Of a stretch of DNA of 64,000 nucleotides, positions 28,953 to 38,821 are shown in pieces. The notes below the pieces were generated by a model, which saw only the letters and a list, made by a program, of their open reading frames with translations, did no database searches and was not told the origin of the DNA. Source of the DNA: a virus (taxonomy: Duplodnaviria; Caudoviricetes); IMG/VR virus record IMGVR_UViG_3300049794_000047; one strand, given 5' to 3'. The position numbers and the translations under genes were made by a program. Every line of letters starts with the position of its first letter. Positions within the stretch are counted from its first letter, which is position 1.

Positions 28953-29468
28953 CTAGACCCTTTCCGTGTCGTTCTCGACGAGGAAGCCTGCGTCGCGGAG
29001 CATCTGCGCATCCGTGTCGGCGAGCAGCCGATGCTTGTGCCCGCAGCAGCAGCCTTGGTACTTCAGACCTTCTGTGGCGCGCTCGGCGAACTTTGGCTGT
29101 CCCATGATCTCCTCCAATGCTTCGAGCCACTCGGAGTGCATGCCCGGCACCTTCTTCAGCGCGTCGACCTGACAGCCCGGCTGCAGGTAGATGCGCGTGT
29201 ACTCGGCGTATTCTTCGCGATGCTTCTCGCTGAGGCTCTGCATGACGTGCCTCGTCAGCACGAGCGTCGACGCCAAGAGTCCTTTGGTGTACTCAGCGGT
29301 GAGCTTGACGTCGTTGACGACCTCAGGCACCGTGTCCGGATCCTTCTTGCCGATGTAGTTGTAGGCGAACAGCCAGCGCTGCTCTCGATCGAAAAAGTAG
29401 AGGATCGTGAGGCGCGCGCCCGAAGCAAGATCGAGGCGGTTTTCGTGCTGGGGCGGTTCCGTCATCAT
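28953..29468 (-). CDS. hypothetical protein, paralog of 59129-59764
   Basis: LDLASGARL..LYF.DRE.RW.F.Y.Y.G shared. Confidence 0.7.
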   Translation of the reverse strand: MMTEPPQHENRLDLASGARLTILYFFDREQRWLFAYNYIGKKDPDTVPEVVNDVKLTAEYTKGLLASTLVLTRHVMQSLSEKHREEYAEYTRIYLQPGCQVDALKKVPGMHSEWLEALEEIMGQPKFAERATEGLKYQGCCCGHKHRLLADTDAQMLRDAGFLVENDTERV

Positions 29469-29890
29469 GCGGGCAGGTCCTTCGCGGTACGTAACGTCTG
29501 GAGCAACAGTTCGTGGAACACGGCGAACACAGGCGCGAAGCGCGCTCGTAGCTGCTCACCTTCGACGTCGAACGTGAAATGTTCGGCCCACTCTTCGACC
29601 ATCTTCCAGTCGCCTTCGATCACGGACTCGATCGCGTTCTCTGCAAGGCGTGTCGAGAACTCTGTGGTCTCGCGGATGCGGGCCAATTCCACGGACAGCT
29701 GCATGACGGCGTGGAGGCGACGCTTGCGCTCCTCGCGTGGTTGTATTGCCCATGAGGCGGTGAGCTTCTCGGCTTCCGCGAGCTTCATGAACTCGCGCAT
29801 CGTGAGCCCGGTGCCGAGGAAGTTGGTCGAGTCGGATCCGAGCAGCTCGACCAGGCGCGCGCGGCCGTCTTTTTTGGGCTTATCCGTCAC
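29465..29890 (-). CDS. hypothetical protein
   Basis: Translationally coupled at both ends. Confidence 0.65.
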   Translation of the reverse strand: MTDKPKKDGRARLVELLGSDSTNFLGTGLTMREFMKLAEAEKLTASWAIQPREERKRRLHAVMQLSVELARIRETTEFSTRLAENAIESVIEGDWKMVEEWAEHFTFDVEGEQLRARFAPVFAVFHELLLQTLRTAKDLPA

Positions 29891-30570
29891 GCGCGCCTTC
29901 GCTTCTTCGACGGCGCCGGATCGGCCGGTGCGGCAAGGAGACGGCTTGGATCGGTTTGAGCCGCCGCGTCGATTTTAGCCGCGAGCGCGAGCGCGTCGCC
30001 AGTGAACAGTTCGAGAAGACGCGCGTCAAGCTTGCCGAGTGAAGCGACGATCTCCGCGAGTAAGGCTTCGCGCTCAGGCGTCCACAAGAGTGTCCCGGAC
30101 GGCAGGACATTGTCCTCCCACTCTTCAGGCTCGCCGATCTTCTCCTTGCCCACGTCGGACCCCCAGCGCCAGATCTCGACGCTGCGCTTGGCACGTACAA
30201 GCTTCTTGGGCTCTTCGGGAAGGACGTACGGCTCGGAGATCTCGCAGATCGTCCAGTGCAGCTCGATCTCGCAGATCGCATGCTTATCGCGAATGCCCGC
30301 GCTGGTGATCCGGTCGTCGAATTTCGTTCGATCGTCGTCCAGATCGTAAGTGTGATACTGGCCGGACGTCGCGGACCGCCCGCTTTTTTCGTCCTCGATC
30401 GGCCCGCCTTGAGCTTTGTAGGAGATCTGGATGTAGCGCTTCCACTCGATCGAGAGCGCCTTGGTCGCCGCCACCTTGATCTGCTCGGCGAGGTCGTCTT
30501 TGGTCTTCGCGGAATACCAGTTGCCCTCGTACTGCGCGTGGAACGTGCCGTTGGTGATCTCGAAGCGCAC
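29887..30570 (-). CDS. hypothetical protein
   Basis: 227-aa protein-like frame; true start may lie upstream across a frameshift. Confidence 0.6.
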   Translation of the reverse strand: MRFEITNGTFHAQYEGNWYSAKTKDDLAEQIKVAATKALSIEWKRYIQISYKAQGGPIEDEKSGRSATSGQYHTYDLDDDRTKFDDRITSAGIRDKHAICEIELHWTICEISEPYVLPEEPKKLVRAKRSVEIWRWGSDVGKEKIGEPEEWEDNVLPSGTLLWTPEREALLAEIVASLGKLDARLLELFTGDALALAAKIDAAAQTDPSRLLAAPADPAPSKKRRRA

Positions 30571-31286
30571 AGCTCGTAGACTCCCTTGAGCGGCGGACGT
30601 TCGCCCGTCGTGAGCGTGACGAGCAGGTCTTCGGCGACGGCGCGCATATCCTCGGTGACTTGCGCGACGGCCTCACGCTCCGTCCGACTGCCGTCTGTAC
30701 GCTCGACAACGAGGTGAATGCGTGGCGTCATGGCAGCACTCCTTGTGCGATCAGGCTGTCGGCAAGGGCTTCGGCGGGCGTCCGACCCGCAAGGATCCGC
30801 TCGAACTCCCGCTTCCAGTACCGATGGCAGTCGACGCTCGCGAAGCAGCGCGCGCCTGACGTCGTCACGCCCCTTGCCCGCCAGCGCTTGATCTTCAGCG
30901 ATGTTTTCCGCGCAGTCCGCGACGAGCGTGACGATCTGTTGCCGGAGCCACACGGGGTTGGTGACGCGTTGCGCGGGGGTTTGGTTCTTGGTGTTCATGG
31001 AGATGAGCAAATGCACTCGGTCTGCGAGCGAAAAGCCGAGCATCGCGAGCGCGCCTTCGAGGTTGTCGATCGATTTCTTGCCGACATTCTTCAGGCGTTG
31101 CAGCCGGGCGCGCTTGGTCGCGCATAGATCAGTGAGCGTGCGAACACCTTCGCTGTAGAGCCCGTACGCCATGCGTGATCGCTGGTACTTGGGCAGCTGC
31201 GCGATGACGGCGTCGAGGCGTGGCGACATCCCGCTCGGCCGGGACTCGTCCGCCTGATCGGAGAGGGTGTCGATGTTCAGGTTCAC
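30571..31286 (-). CDS. ORF with N-terminal RNA polymerase alpha-CTD-like domain (3' boundary uncertain)
   Basis: R.AYGL...GVRTLTDL......L.RLKNVGKKSIDNL..AL...G.SL matches the alpha-CTD HhH pattern; GAGGAA RBS. Confidence 0.7.
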
Positions 31287-32098
31287 GGCGTTTCCTCGGT
31301 CGCATCGGCAGGGGAGGTTGGCACGATCACGACCTCGCGCTTCTCGGCGTCCCGGTGCAGGCGTGCTTGACCCTTCGCGCTACGCGCAACGTCCATCGAG
31401 TCGATGTTCGGGAAGAAGTCGCGCGCGACTTGGCAGCTCCACGAGTAGCAGGACGACTTGCCGGCGCCGCGAAGCGCTTCTTTCTGGCCACGATTCCAGG
31501 CTTCGCGGATGAGCTGGTTGATCTTGCGGAGGTTGAGGCGCAGCACTAGGCGCGATCCTTCGGCGGCGTCGTACCGACTAATCTCCTCCGCCTGCGGATC
31601 GCGAGGCAGCCGAACGACCGCTCCGCGACGGTAGAACTTTCCGGGTTCGAGCAGCCTGGCGTGCGGGACGCACCGGCAGCGCCCCTGGTCGATCAACTGC
31701 ATGATCGTCGGGTACGCCGAGAGCAACGCCGTCTCCTCGTCGGGCACGTCAACGAGCACGATCAGCAGTACACACTCGGACACGAGGGCCTCACGGATCT
31801 CGGGTGCCAGGACGAACCACGACGCCTGATACTTCCCGGCGAGGCGCTTGGCGAACATGCGGACCTGGCCGTTCGACCAACCGCTTCTTCCACCAGCAGT
31901 GCCGCAAGAAGTGCCGTGGAGAAAGAGAGCCCGCTTGCGCGTTGTCTCCGCCACCGCTGCCGCGTACTCCTTGCGGGTATCCTCGCCCTCTGTACGCGAT
32001 CCAACGCGCAGACTGGGAGCGCGGCGCCCCGCTAAACGGCCCACCTCACGGGACATTGCAAGCAACTCGTCGAGCCTCTCTTCCGTCGTCGCGGTCAT
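31283..32098 (-). CDS. hypothetical protein
   Basis: ATG 13 nt after sigma54-like TGGTGT-N5-TTGCT (rc 32126-32111). Confidence 0.5.
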   Translation of the reverse strand: MTATTEERLDELLAMSREVGRLAGRRAPSLRVGSRTEGEDTRKEYAAAVAETTRKRALFLHGTSCGTAGGRSGWSNGQVRMFAKRLAGKYQASWFVLAPEIREALVSECVLLIVLVDVPDEETALLSAYPTIMQLIDQGRCRCVPHARLLEPGKFYRRGAVVRLPRDPQAEEISRYDAAEGSRLVLRLNLRKINQLIREAWNRGQKEALRGAGKSSCYSWSCQVARDFFPNIDSMDVARSAKGQARLHRDAEKREVVIVPTSPADATEETP

Positions 32099-32251
32099 AA
32101 CCTTCACCAGAGCAATTAGCACACCATTCTGACAGCCCTGTGGGTGTACGCCAAGTCCCTGGTCCGAGTGCCGGGTCGTCATGTACCCAGGGCCTACCAT
32201 TCACGGACCTCGATGCCTCCGGGACACAGGTAGCGGGGTACCCAGTCAACG

Positions 32252-32339
32252 GGCAACATGAGTCCATGGCTACCCCGGCCAGTGTGCACTGTCGGGGATG
32301 AACGGCAACATGGGTCCATGGCTATCCCGGCCAGTATGC
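32252..32339. repeat. 36-bp direct repeat x2 (period 52)
   Basis: GGCAACATG(A/G)GTCCATGGCTA(C/T)CCCGGCCAGT(G/A)TGC at 32252 and 32304. Confidence 0.85.
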
Positions 32340-32426
32340 GCCGCTGGTAGGTTGGGGGTTACGCGTTACGCACTAGAGCCTCATGGCGGCTTCACGATCA
32401 CCGGACGCCGCGCATGCCCCTAGGCA

Positions 32427-32906
32427 CTACTTCGCTCGGGCCTCCCGGGCCTCCCGCGCCTCCTCATGCTCCGCGCTGCGAATCGTCGCGAGCACCGCCT
32501 TTTCCAGCACGGCCTGCTGTCCCTTGGTCAGCTTGGTCCACGTCGCGCGCGCCATTGCATTCGGTGTACACCACTCAAAGGCTGCGATCATGTGCGTGAG
32601 CGCCGCGCTGCGATTCATGCGTGGACTGTGGAGCACGCGCTTGGCGAGCTGACGCGCACCGCAACCGTAGTAATCGCCGCCGAGAAGCCATTCAATGCGC
32701 TGTGCCACCAGGCGGGGGCCGTCGCGCATCGCCTCGAAGAATGACGCCGCGGCCTCCTTACGAGCGGTCAGCGGCGCGTGCTCGACCTCGGAAAGGCGCC
32801 GATTTGCCTCGGCACGTTCGCGGAGCTCGACCCCGGAAAGGCGACGGTTTGCCTCGGTACGCTCGAGGCGACCACGCGTGCCCTCGTGCTTCTTGTCGTT
32901 GATCAT
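32427..32906 (-). CDS. hypothetical protein
   Basis: 159 aa; internal ER.EANRRLS duplication. Confidence 0.6.
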   Translation of the reverse strand: MINDKKHEGTRGRLERTEANRRLSGVELRERAEANRRLSEVEHAPLTARKEAAASFFEAMRDGPRLVAQRIEWLLGGDYYGCGARQLAKRVLHSPRMNRSAALTHMIAAFEWCTPNAMARATWTKLTKGQQAVLEKAVLATIRSAEHEEAREAREARAK

Positions 32907-33136
32907 CGAAGCTCTTCTCTTTTTGTCTTTTTCTGAAATTTAACGCGGGCTCCCATGACAACGCTACCACACACCGTCCCGTTGCCCCGCGCCTCGCGCT
33001 GTCTTGAACCACTTGGTTCCCTTGGTCACTCGCTTGCGGGCTGGCTCCCAGGGCACCGCCCCGTTACCCCGTGCCGCGCGCTGTCTTGAACCCCTTGGTT
33101 CCCTTGGCCGCTTGCGAGCGGGCTCCCACGGCAACG

Positions 33137-33775
33137 CTAGTTCAGCTGCGACGCATCGCTCACAACCGCACGACCCGTGCCGCGAGCCGTCTTGATCCCC
33201 TTGGCCCTGGCCGCTCGCTTGCGGGTCGGCTTCCTGGTCGCAGGGGTGTCCGCCGTCTGGGTCGGATCGCCCGTGAGGCTGGTGGAGGACACCTGAAGCG
33301 CAAGCGGCAGGGGGAGAGAAACGGCCGCAAGGCCCACCGACGCCGCTCGACGCCGCTCGGCGTCGAGATGAGCAACTGCGAGGTTCGCGCCATTCGCCAC
33401 CGCATTGATGGCCACCAGGAAGCTGAGCATGAGGATGCTGAGCCACGGCGTCTGCGAGAAGGTCATCACGCCCTCGGACAGGACCACGAACCCCAGCGCC
33501 TTGAAGGCGCTGTCGAACGCGCGACGCCCCCACTTGTAGACGGTGATCGCACTGAAAAGACAGCCACCGATCACGATGGTGCCAGAAACGCTCCCCCACC
33601 CTGCCGTGCCCAACTCCGCATGCCCCACAGTGTAGGTGGCAAGCGGCACGAGCCCACCAATCAGGGCGCCGATCAGCAGCGGAAGAGGGTTGGCGAACGC
33701 GAGCTTGATCTGGCTGACAACGTCGCGTTCGGAATCGAGGGCGATGTGCGGGGCCGGAGTGTTGTATTCAAGCAT
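33137..33775 (-). CDS. multi-pass membrane protein with basic tail
   Basis: About four hydrophobic segments; ATG 13 nt after a sigma54-like motif. Confidence 0.7.
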   Translation of the reverse strand: MLEYNTPAPHIALDSERDVVSQIKLAFANPLPLLIGALIGGLVPLATYTVGHAELGTAGWGSVSGTIVIGGCLFSAITVYKWGRRAFDSAFKALGFVVLSEGVMTFSQTPWLSILMLSFLVAINAVANGANLAVAHLDAERRRAASVGLAAVSLPLPLALQVSSTSLTGDPTQTADTPATRKPTRKRAARAKGIKTARGTGRAVVSDASQLN

Positions 33776-33956
33776 GACAGTTCTCAATGCCACGCATGTG
33801 CCAAGACTAGACAACTGACAAGTCGCTGATTAGTGCGCCTGGGTAGCAGGACACCCGGTTGTATCCGTACACACCTCAAGCAGGCTCCACGCGGTGTGGA
33901 AGATACAGGGTAGAGGTTTACCCAGCCCCACAGTAGAGCTTGTACCCTTTGATGTC

Positions 33957-34361
33957 TTATCCGATCCGCCCAACTTGGGACGTAAGTTGCCCAGCACTCC
34001 ACGTCGCGAACGCTTTTTCGCGGTCCACGATCCATACCTTCGCTTGGCAGAGCCACGCGTCAATCATCATCGCGAGCTCCCGCTTCTGTACGGAGTCAGC
34101 ATGGTAACGTCCCTGCTCCATGATCTTCGCAAGAAGATCGAGGTCTCGCCAGTCGACAGGGTAGCTCGATGGATGCTCCAAATCGCACGCCGTGTTGCAG
34201 AGAGCGTTGACCACGCCCGCCCTCGCGCTCTCACGACACCCTGAATCGTAGTGATGCAGAGCGACAACGCGAAGGAACTCAGCCCACACAAGCGGAATCG
34301 AAACTGCGAGCCGCGCGCGGTACTCAAAACCTTTGTAGACAGGGGATCTCTCATCACTCAT
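33957..34361 (-). CDS. hypothetical protein
   Basis: AAAGGAAA RBS, 134 aa. Confidence 0.6.
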   Translation of the reverse strand: MSDERSPVYKGFEYRARLAVSIPLVWAEFLRVVALHHYDSGCRESARAGVVNALCNTACDLEHPSSYPVDWRDLDLLAKIMEQGRYHADSVQKRELAMMIDAWLCQAKVWIVDREKAFATWSAGQLTSQVGRIG

Positions 34362-34656
34362 AGCTACGCGTTTCCTTTCTACCGCGCCTCATCAGCGCTG
34401 TGCGGACGCACGGCGCTCACAGTTGCGCGTTCCCCTTCTGCCGTGCCCCATGAGCGCTGCGCGGACGCGCGGCGCTCTGCGCGTCGCGTGTCGCGTGTCG
34501 CGTTCATTGATCCGCTGCGCTTGCTCCGCGTAGCGCTGCCGCTGTTCTGGCGTAAGCGCGGGCTCGACGTCGCGCGCGTACAACTCCTTCACGCCGATCG
34601 TCTCGGGATGCGTGCGAGCGCCTTCCATGATGCCTTCCTGCACGTCATCGAGGATC

Positions 34657-34851
34657 CTACACGGCTCTCGGCGCCTTGACCTGTGCCGCCCGCGCCTCGG
34701 CCGAGAGTCCGCGCGCGATTATCTTGGCGGCTACGCTGGCGATCGTGTGCGGGTAGCCGCGCTTCTTGGCGATCTGGGTGATCAGCGCGTGCTCTTCTGG
34801 TTTTACGCGGACGTACATGACGCAACGTTTGGCCTTTTGGGCACTTGCCAT
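34657..34851 (-). CDS. ribbon-helix-helix-like protein
   Basis: MYVRVKPEEHALI..IAKKRG...IASV. Confidence 0.55.
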   Translation of the reverse strand: MASAQKAKRCVMYVRVKPEEHALITQIAKKRGYPHTIASVAAKIIARGLSAEARAAQVKAPRAV

Positions 34852-35226
34852 GAGAGGAGCATGGTGGAAGGCCCAGAAGCTTGCAAGAGGTTCTTGCAAA
34901 CTGTCACGGTTTTTGACAGAGTGCTGAGTGGCCGCGGCGTGCTGAGGTCCCGTAACAACATGGAGGCCCCGGGGCTGGGGGTCCCGGCATCGAGGTGTTC
35001 CCTCGTTTGAGACGAAACGTAGGGGGCTGCTCTCAGGGCGCCCCTGCGTTCACATCTGACTGTGTGCCAAGCGCCTGCCTGAAGCCAGGCGTTTTTCACC
35101 GTACTGTGAACGTGGGGCACGGCGTGTGTGGAGCTCCCAACACGGGTGCGAGACTACCCAGGGCACGTGTTCGCGGACCTAGCGTGCCCATCTGTATTGG
35201 CATGCGACGCGCAATGTCTGTCGGGC

Positions 35227-35508
35227 ATGCAAGTCACCGATCGAGAAGTCCAGAACGCGATCTGGCGCGGCGATGACCATTTTCTATTCCGCGCCTTGCC
35301 GTGCAAGTGCTGCTGCGATGAGCACACTTTCGGGGACTGTCCGGCGCGGCGCTGGTACGGCTGCCGTGGTCAGTCATCCGTCAACGATCTGTCGAGCGCG
35401 GAGGTGGAGGCTTGGGTGGCACACTATGGACGTCACCACGGGATGTCTCGCGACCAGTTCTTTGGTCTTGCGAGAGGCGACAGCGGACAGCGGACAGCGG
35501 ACAGCTAG
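35227..35508 (+). CDS. small Cys-rich protein
   Basis: PCKCCCDEHT...CPA...GCRG; ATG 14 nt after a sigma54-like motif. Confidence 0.6.
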   Translation: MQVTDREVQNAIWRGDDHFLFRALPCKCCCDEHTFGDCPARRWYGCRGQSSVNDLSSAEVEAWVAHYGRHHGMSRDQFFGLARGDSGQRTADS

Positions 35509-35587
35509 CGGCGAGCAACCTGGATTTTCTCTTATGCGTAACAACCACTTGCGTGAAAACGCCGCGGAGCCCCGCGGGAATGTATCT

Positions 35588-35965
35588 ATGACAGCTGGGA
35601 GCCGCGTGGACACGTATATCTTGAACCGCTTCAGGAAGCGCTTTCGTGACAGCACGTTCTCTCGTAGGGAGGCGCTGGAGTGGCTCACGGCGAACGGACG
35701 CTCAGGCCCACGAAGCGTTGCCCTATTCGAAAGATGGGTCGGGAAGGGATCCTTCGTGGAAGAGACGGATGGGTACCGCGTACAGTATGGGGTCCCCGAC
35801 GGCCGCACCGAGTCTCGCACGCTCGCGACGATCGAGGCGCGTCTGTCGAGGCTATCGAGGCGCGGACTGGACCGTGTTCTGAGCTCAGTGGTCGCGCTAC
35901 GCGTCTCGATCGAGCAGGAGACCGAGTGCAGACGGGTGGCCGCGCGCGCCGGAGCTGCGCCCTGA
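35588..35965 (+). CDS. possible winged-helix protein
   Basis: FSRREALEWL...FERWVGKGSFVEETDGYRV. Confidence 0.45.
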   Translation: MTAGSRVDTYILNRFRKRFRDSTFSRREALEWLTANGRSGPRSVALFERWVGKGSFVEETDGYRVQYGVPDGRTESRTLATIEARLSRLSRRGLDRVLSSVVALRVSIEQETECRRVAARAGAAP

Positions 35966-36386
35966 CCTATGAACAGCACTGCCGTAACCTAGGGGGCGCC
36001 CCGACGCCTGGGAGGGCGCCGGCGAAAAACTCGAGAACTGCGAAGAGGCAAAAGCAGCGCTGCCGACTGCGGTCGGTGAAGGGGCTGACGACGCCTGTAG
36101 GAGTTGTGCCTCCTTTGGAGTCGTGTTGGGCGATCCTCCCCATGTAGCCGCAGCTCCTACCATGGAAGGTACGGGGCAAGGCGCGGACATGCTTGAGGAT
36201 CTATGCCTGTTCTCCCTGTTCCCCCTATTATAAAGGAAGTAGTACAGGAGAAAGAAACATAGGCCCCTCTTGCTAGCGCACCTGCCCTGATAGAGGTTGG
36301 GGGGATCATTCGTACAAGGGGGATCAGGGCGAGGAAGTTCCGTGGAGGGTCCTGGTGTAAATAACCAAGTGTGTCAAATGGTTAGG

Positions 36387-36539
36387 TGTGGTCTAGGCCT
36401 GATTCAACCCTCGTTTAGGGCTGTACGTTCAGCCGATCAGCCGTGCCTCCTCTGAGCTTTCCGTAGGAGCTCCTAACGGTAGAGCCTGCGGATGAAACAG
36501 CTTCAAGACTGAGGTCGGCTGGTAGGCGCTAGACCTACA
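36387..36539. ncRNA. candidate structured ncRNA in an ORF-free region
   Basis: Nested complementarity GGTCTAG/CTAGACC, GCCT/AGGC, CAGCCGA/TCGGCTG, TCAG/CTGA, apical CCGT-AGGAGCTCCTA-ACGG. Confidence 0.4.
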
Positions 36540-36685
36540 AATAGGACCGCTTCGCCGCTTGATCCCTCTTGGAAGTAAGACCCCTCAACTGCCCACAGGG
36601 CGCCAGCGGCGCCCCCCTGCGGCGCACCCCAGCCACACCGGCCAGCTGTAGCCGAGCTGCCCCGCCGCGGTGCTGCCACACGTCG

Positions 36686-36991
36686 TCAGCGTCCCGCCGC
36701 TAGGAAGCACACGTCGGCGACGCGGACGCTGGTGTCGATCTTGTTGCGGCGCGACCAGACGGTGACGAACCGTCCGCTGGACGGCAACCCCGGTAGTTCG
36801 TCGCGGCGCTCGGTCGCGATCGCGTATTCGTCGCGAGTGAACGCGAGGCCCGCCTTCGTCTTGACGTCGCGCAAGAGGCGGACGAGACGGTAGCCTGTGA
36901 AATGGTTCTTGTACTGCGTGTATTGGGCGACCTGCGCGGCGGCGGTTGCTTTGAGGCTCGTGAGCGTGGAGGCGAGATCGACGCTGTGCAT
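36686..36991 (-). CDS. hypothetical protein
   Basis: 101 aa; ATG 13 nt after a sigma54-like motif. Confidence 0.65.
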   Translation of the reverse strand: MHSVDLASTLTSLKATAAAQVAQYTQYKNHFTGYRLVRLLRDVKTKAGLAFTRDEYAIATERRDELPGLPSSGRFVTVWSRRNKIDTSVRVADVCFLAAGR

Positions 36992-37308
36992 GCGGCCGTC
37001 TCTTGCGTGCGGCGTGCCGGGCGTTGATCGTACTTAAGTTGCAGATAAGACGTTCGATCCTTACGCCACGGGTAGGCCTGACGATGCGCTCGAGACACGG
37101 GTGAAAACACACTCAGTGCGGGGTCTCCTGATGGCAGGGGTACCTGACTACCCAGTGTTAGCGGTGCCACGTGTGCGTGAACAGTTCGCGCTGGGTGCGC
37201 GGCTACCCACACCGTCAGATCCGTGGCTTAGGCTCCTTCCGTGCTTGGCACCCTGCGTGAAGTACACGAGGATATGCGCTTCCATTTCCAGACCGCAGGT
37301 GCACTGTG

Positions 37309-37701
37309 ATGGCAACGACCTCCACCGCTGACCGATCCGACGGGGTGCCCCTGTGCGGGCGCTGTGGCCGTTCCGACGGTTGTCATGTTGGCTATCACGA
37401 GGACGCTGAGCTTCCGATCCGGCGTGGAGATCCCATGCTGAAAAAGAAAAGCCGCCGCACCGTCCTCGTGAAGTCCACAACAAAGCGCCCTTCAACGGGA
37501 GTCAAACCCACCGAAACCGAGGTTGCCCGTGCAATTGCTTGCAACTGGTTCACCGCGGCTAGCCTCTCCAGGGAGCGCTTCGAGCGCATCCAGATCGACA
37601 ATGCTTTCTACGACGGTGCTCGCCAGGAGCACTTTGTCAGTGTTCGCGTCTACAGCCCGCAACTCGATATCGACAGCGCAATCGACGAGGCGACTCCATG
37701 A
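37309..37701 (+). CDS. hypothetical protein
   Basis: N-terminal CGRC..DG.H.GYH module like 6150; may be two fused genes. Confidence 0.5.
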   Translation: MATTSTADRSDGVPLCGRCGRSDGCHVGYHEDAELPIRRGDPMLKKKSRRTVLVKSTTKRPSTGVKPTETEVARAIACNWFTAASLSRERFERIQIDNAFYDGARQEHFVSVRVYSPQLDIDSAIDEATP

Positions 37702-38126
37702 ACGCCGCTGACGAACTCATCAAACCTTCTGCAGACGGTATCATCCGCATTGTCGACCGCGGCACGCCTCTCCACGCCGGCACGGTCGTCTACCGCGTGA
37801 TCGAAGTTGATCTACCGCCGGACATTCAGGGTCCGCACACCTGGAAAGTTGCTGCAGTCGTCGTGGAGCGTGCGAGTGACAAGCAGATCAAGCTCAAGCA
37901 GGCGTTTCCTGGTCTCCACCGTAAGGTGTTTGAGCCGACCGCCTTCGGTCGCGTCTTCTTCGAGACGACTCAGCAAGCGATCCAGTGCTTCTTGACCGAG
38001 TACCGCAGCGAGATCGTCCGACAGTGCAATCGTATCCTCGCTCTCGAGGCTGGCCTGCGCGAGGCGTGCGATCTGCTGGCCGTCGCGGAACAACGACTTC
38101 GTGTTCTCGCCGGTGGTGCCCCCTGA
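37698..38126 (+). CDS. hypothetical protein
   Basis: ATGA-coupled, GAGG RBS. Confidence 0.6.
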   Translation: MNAADELIKPSADGIIRIVDRGTPLHAGTVVYRVIEVDLPPDIQGPHTWKVAAVVVERASDKQIKLKQAFPGLHRKVFEPTAFGRVFFETTQQAIQCFLTEYRSEIVRQCNRILALEAGLREACDLLAVAEQRLRVLAGGAP

Positions 38127-38373
38127 GCTCCCCCGCCCACTACCTCTGCCCCGAGCACGGACGCGTCGCGGTCCGCACGCCGCTCAGAGCGCTGCCGCGA
38201 GTGCGCTGCCCGCGGTGTACCCGCGATATCCCGCGTGCGCCGCGTGGCGGCGACCGCCGGCACGTCTCGGTTACCGAGGCGACCTACGCGCGATTGAAAG
38301 CCCACACCGATCTGGTCGGGATGTCGCCGGGCGCGCTCGTTGATGAGCTGACGCAGGATCTTGGGGGTGAGTC

Positions 38374-38769
38374 GTGAGCAAGTCCACCGTCAAGTTCAAG
38401 TCCGGTGACCGCGTTATTGCCCTGCGCTGGCCGAGCGGCGGCGCGGGCGTCATCGTAAAGCCGGCGCCGGTCTACCCGATGGTTCGCTGGGACGACCACG
38501 ACGAAGTCAAACGCACTCGCGTGGAGGATATCCGGCCGGAGACGCCGCAGGACGTCGCGGCGCGACAGCTCGCTGCGGAGATCGCGTCATGGCGCAGCAC
38601 CCGCCCGGACACCACGCTCGCTACGGTGAGCTACATGGGCGGCTACGGGTCGTCGATCCCGACCGGCGTTCAGGTATTCGGTCAGGTCAAGCCGGAGCAG
38701 ATGCGGACGCTGGTCGACGAGCTCGAAGCGCTCGCGGCCTGGTTCGAGAAACGCCCGGTGTCGCCATGA
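38374..38769 (+). CDS. hypothetical protein, N-terminal SH3-like
   Basis: FKSGDRV...G.GVI...VRWDD. Confidence 0.6.
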   Translation: MSKSTVKFKSGDRVIALRWPSGGAGVIVKPAPVYPMVRWDDHDEVKRTRVEDIRPETPQDVAARQLAAEIASWRSTRPDTTLATVSYMGGYGSSIPTGVQVFGQVKPEQMRTLVDELEALAAWFEKRPVSP

Positions 38770-38821
38770 CCCCGCTCGTCCTCACCGCCGCCGCCATCGC
38801 CACCGCGGCCGCGCTGTACCT

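Noticed and set aside
32252-32339. 36-bp repeats as a mini-CRISPR
   Set aside because: Only two copies with a 16-bp gap, too short for a spacer.
34852-34880. sigma54-like promoter before the RHH gene at 34851
   Set aside because: GG-to-GC spacing is off by one and the distance to the ATG does not fit the pattern.
36463-36530. tRNA suggested by AGCTCCTAACGGTAGAGC
   Set aside because: No T-arm (GTTCRA) or acceptor stem; retained only as part of the ncRNA candidate.
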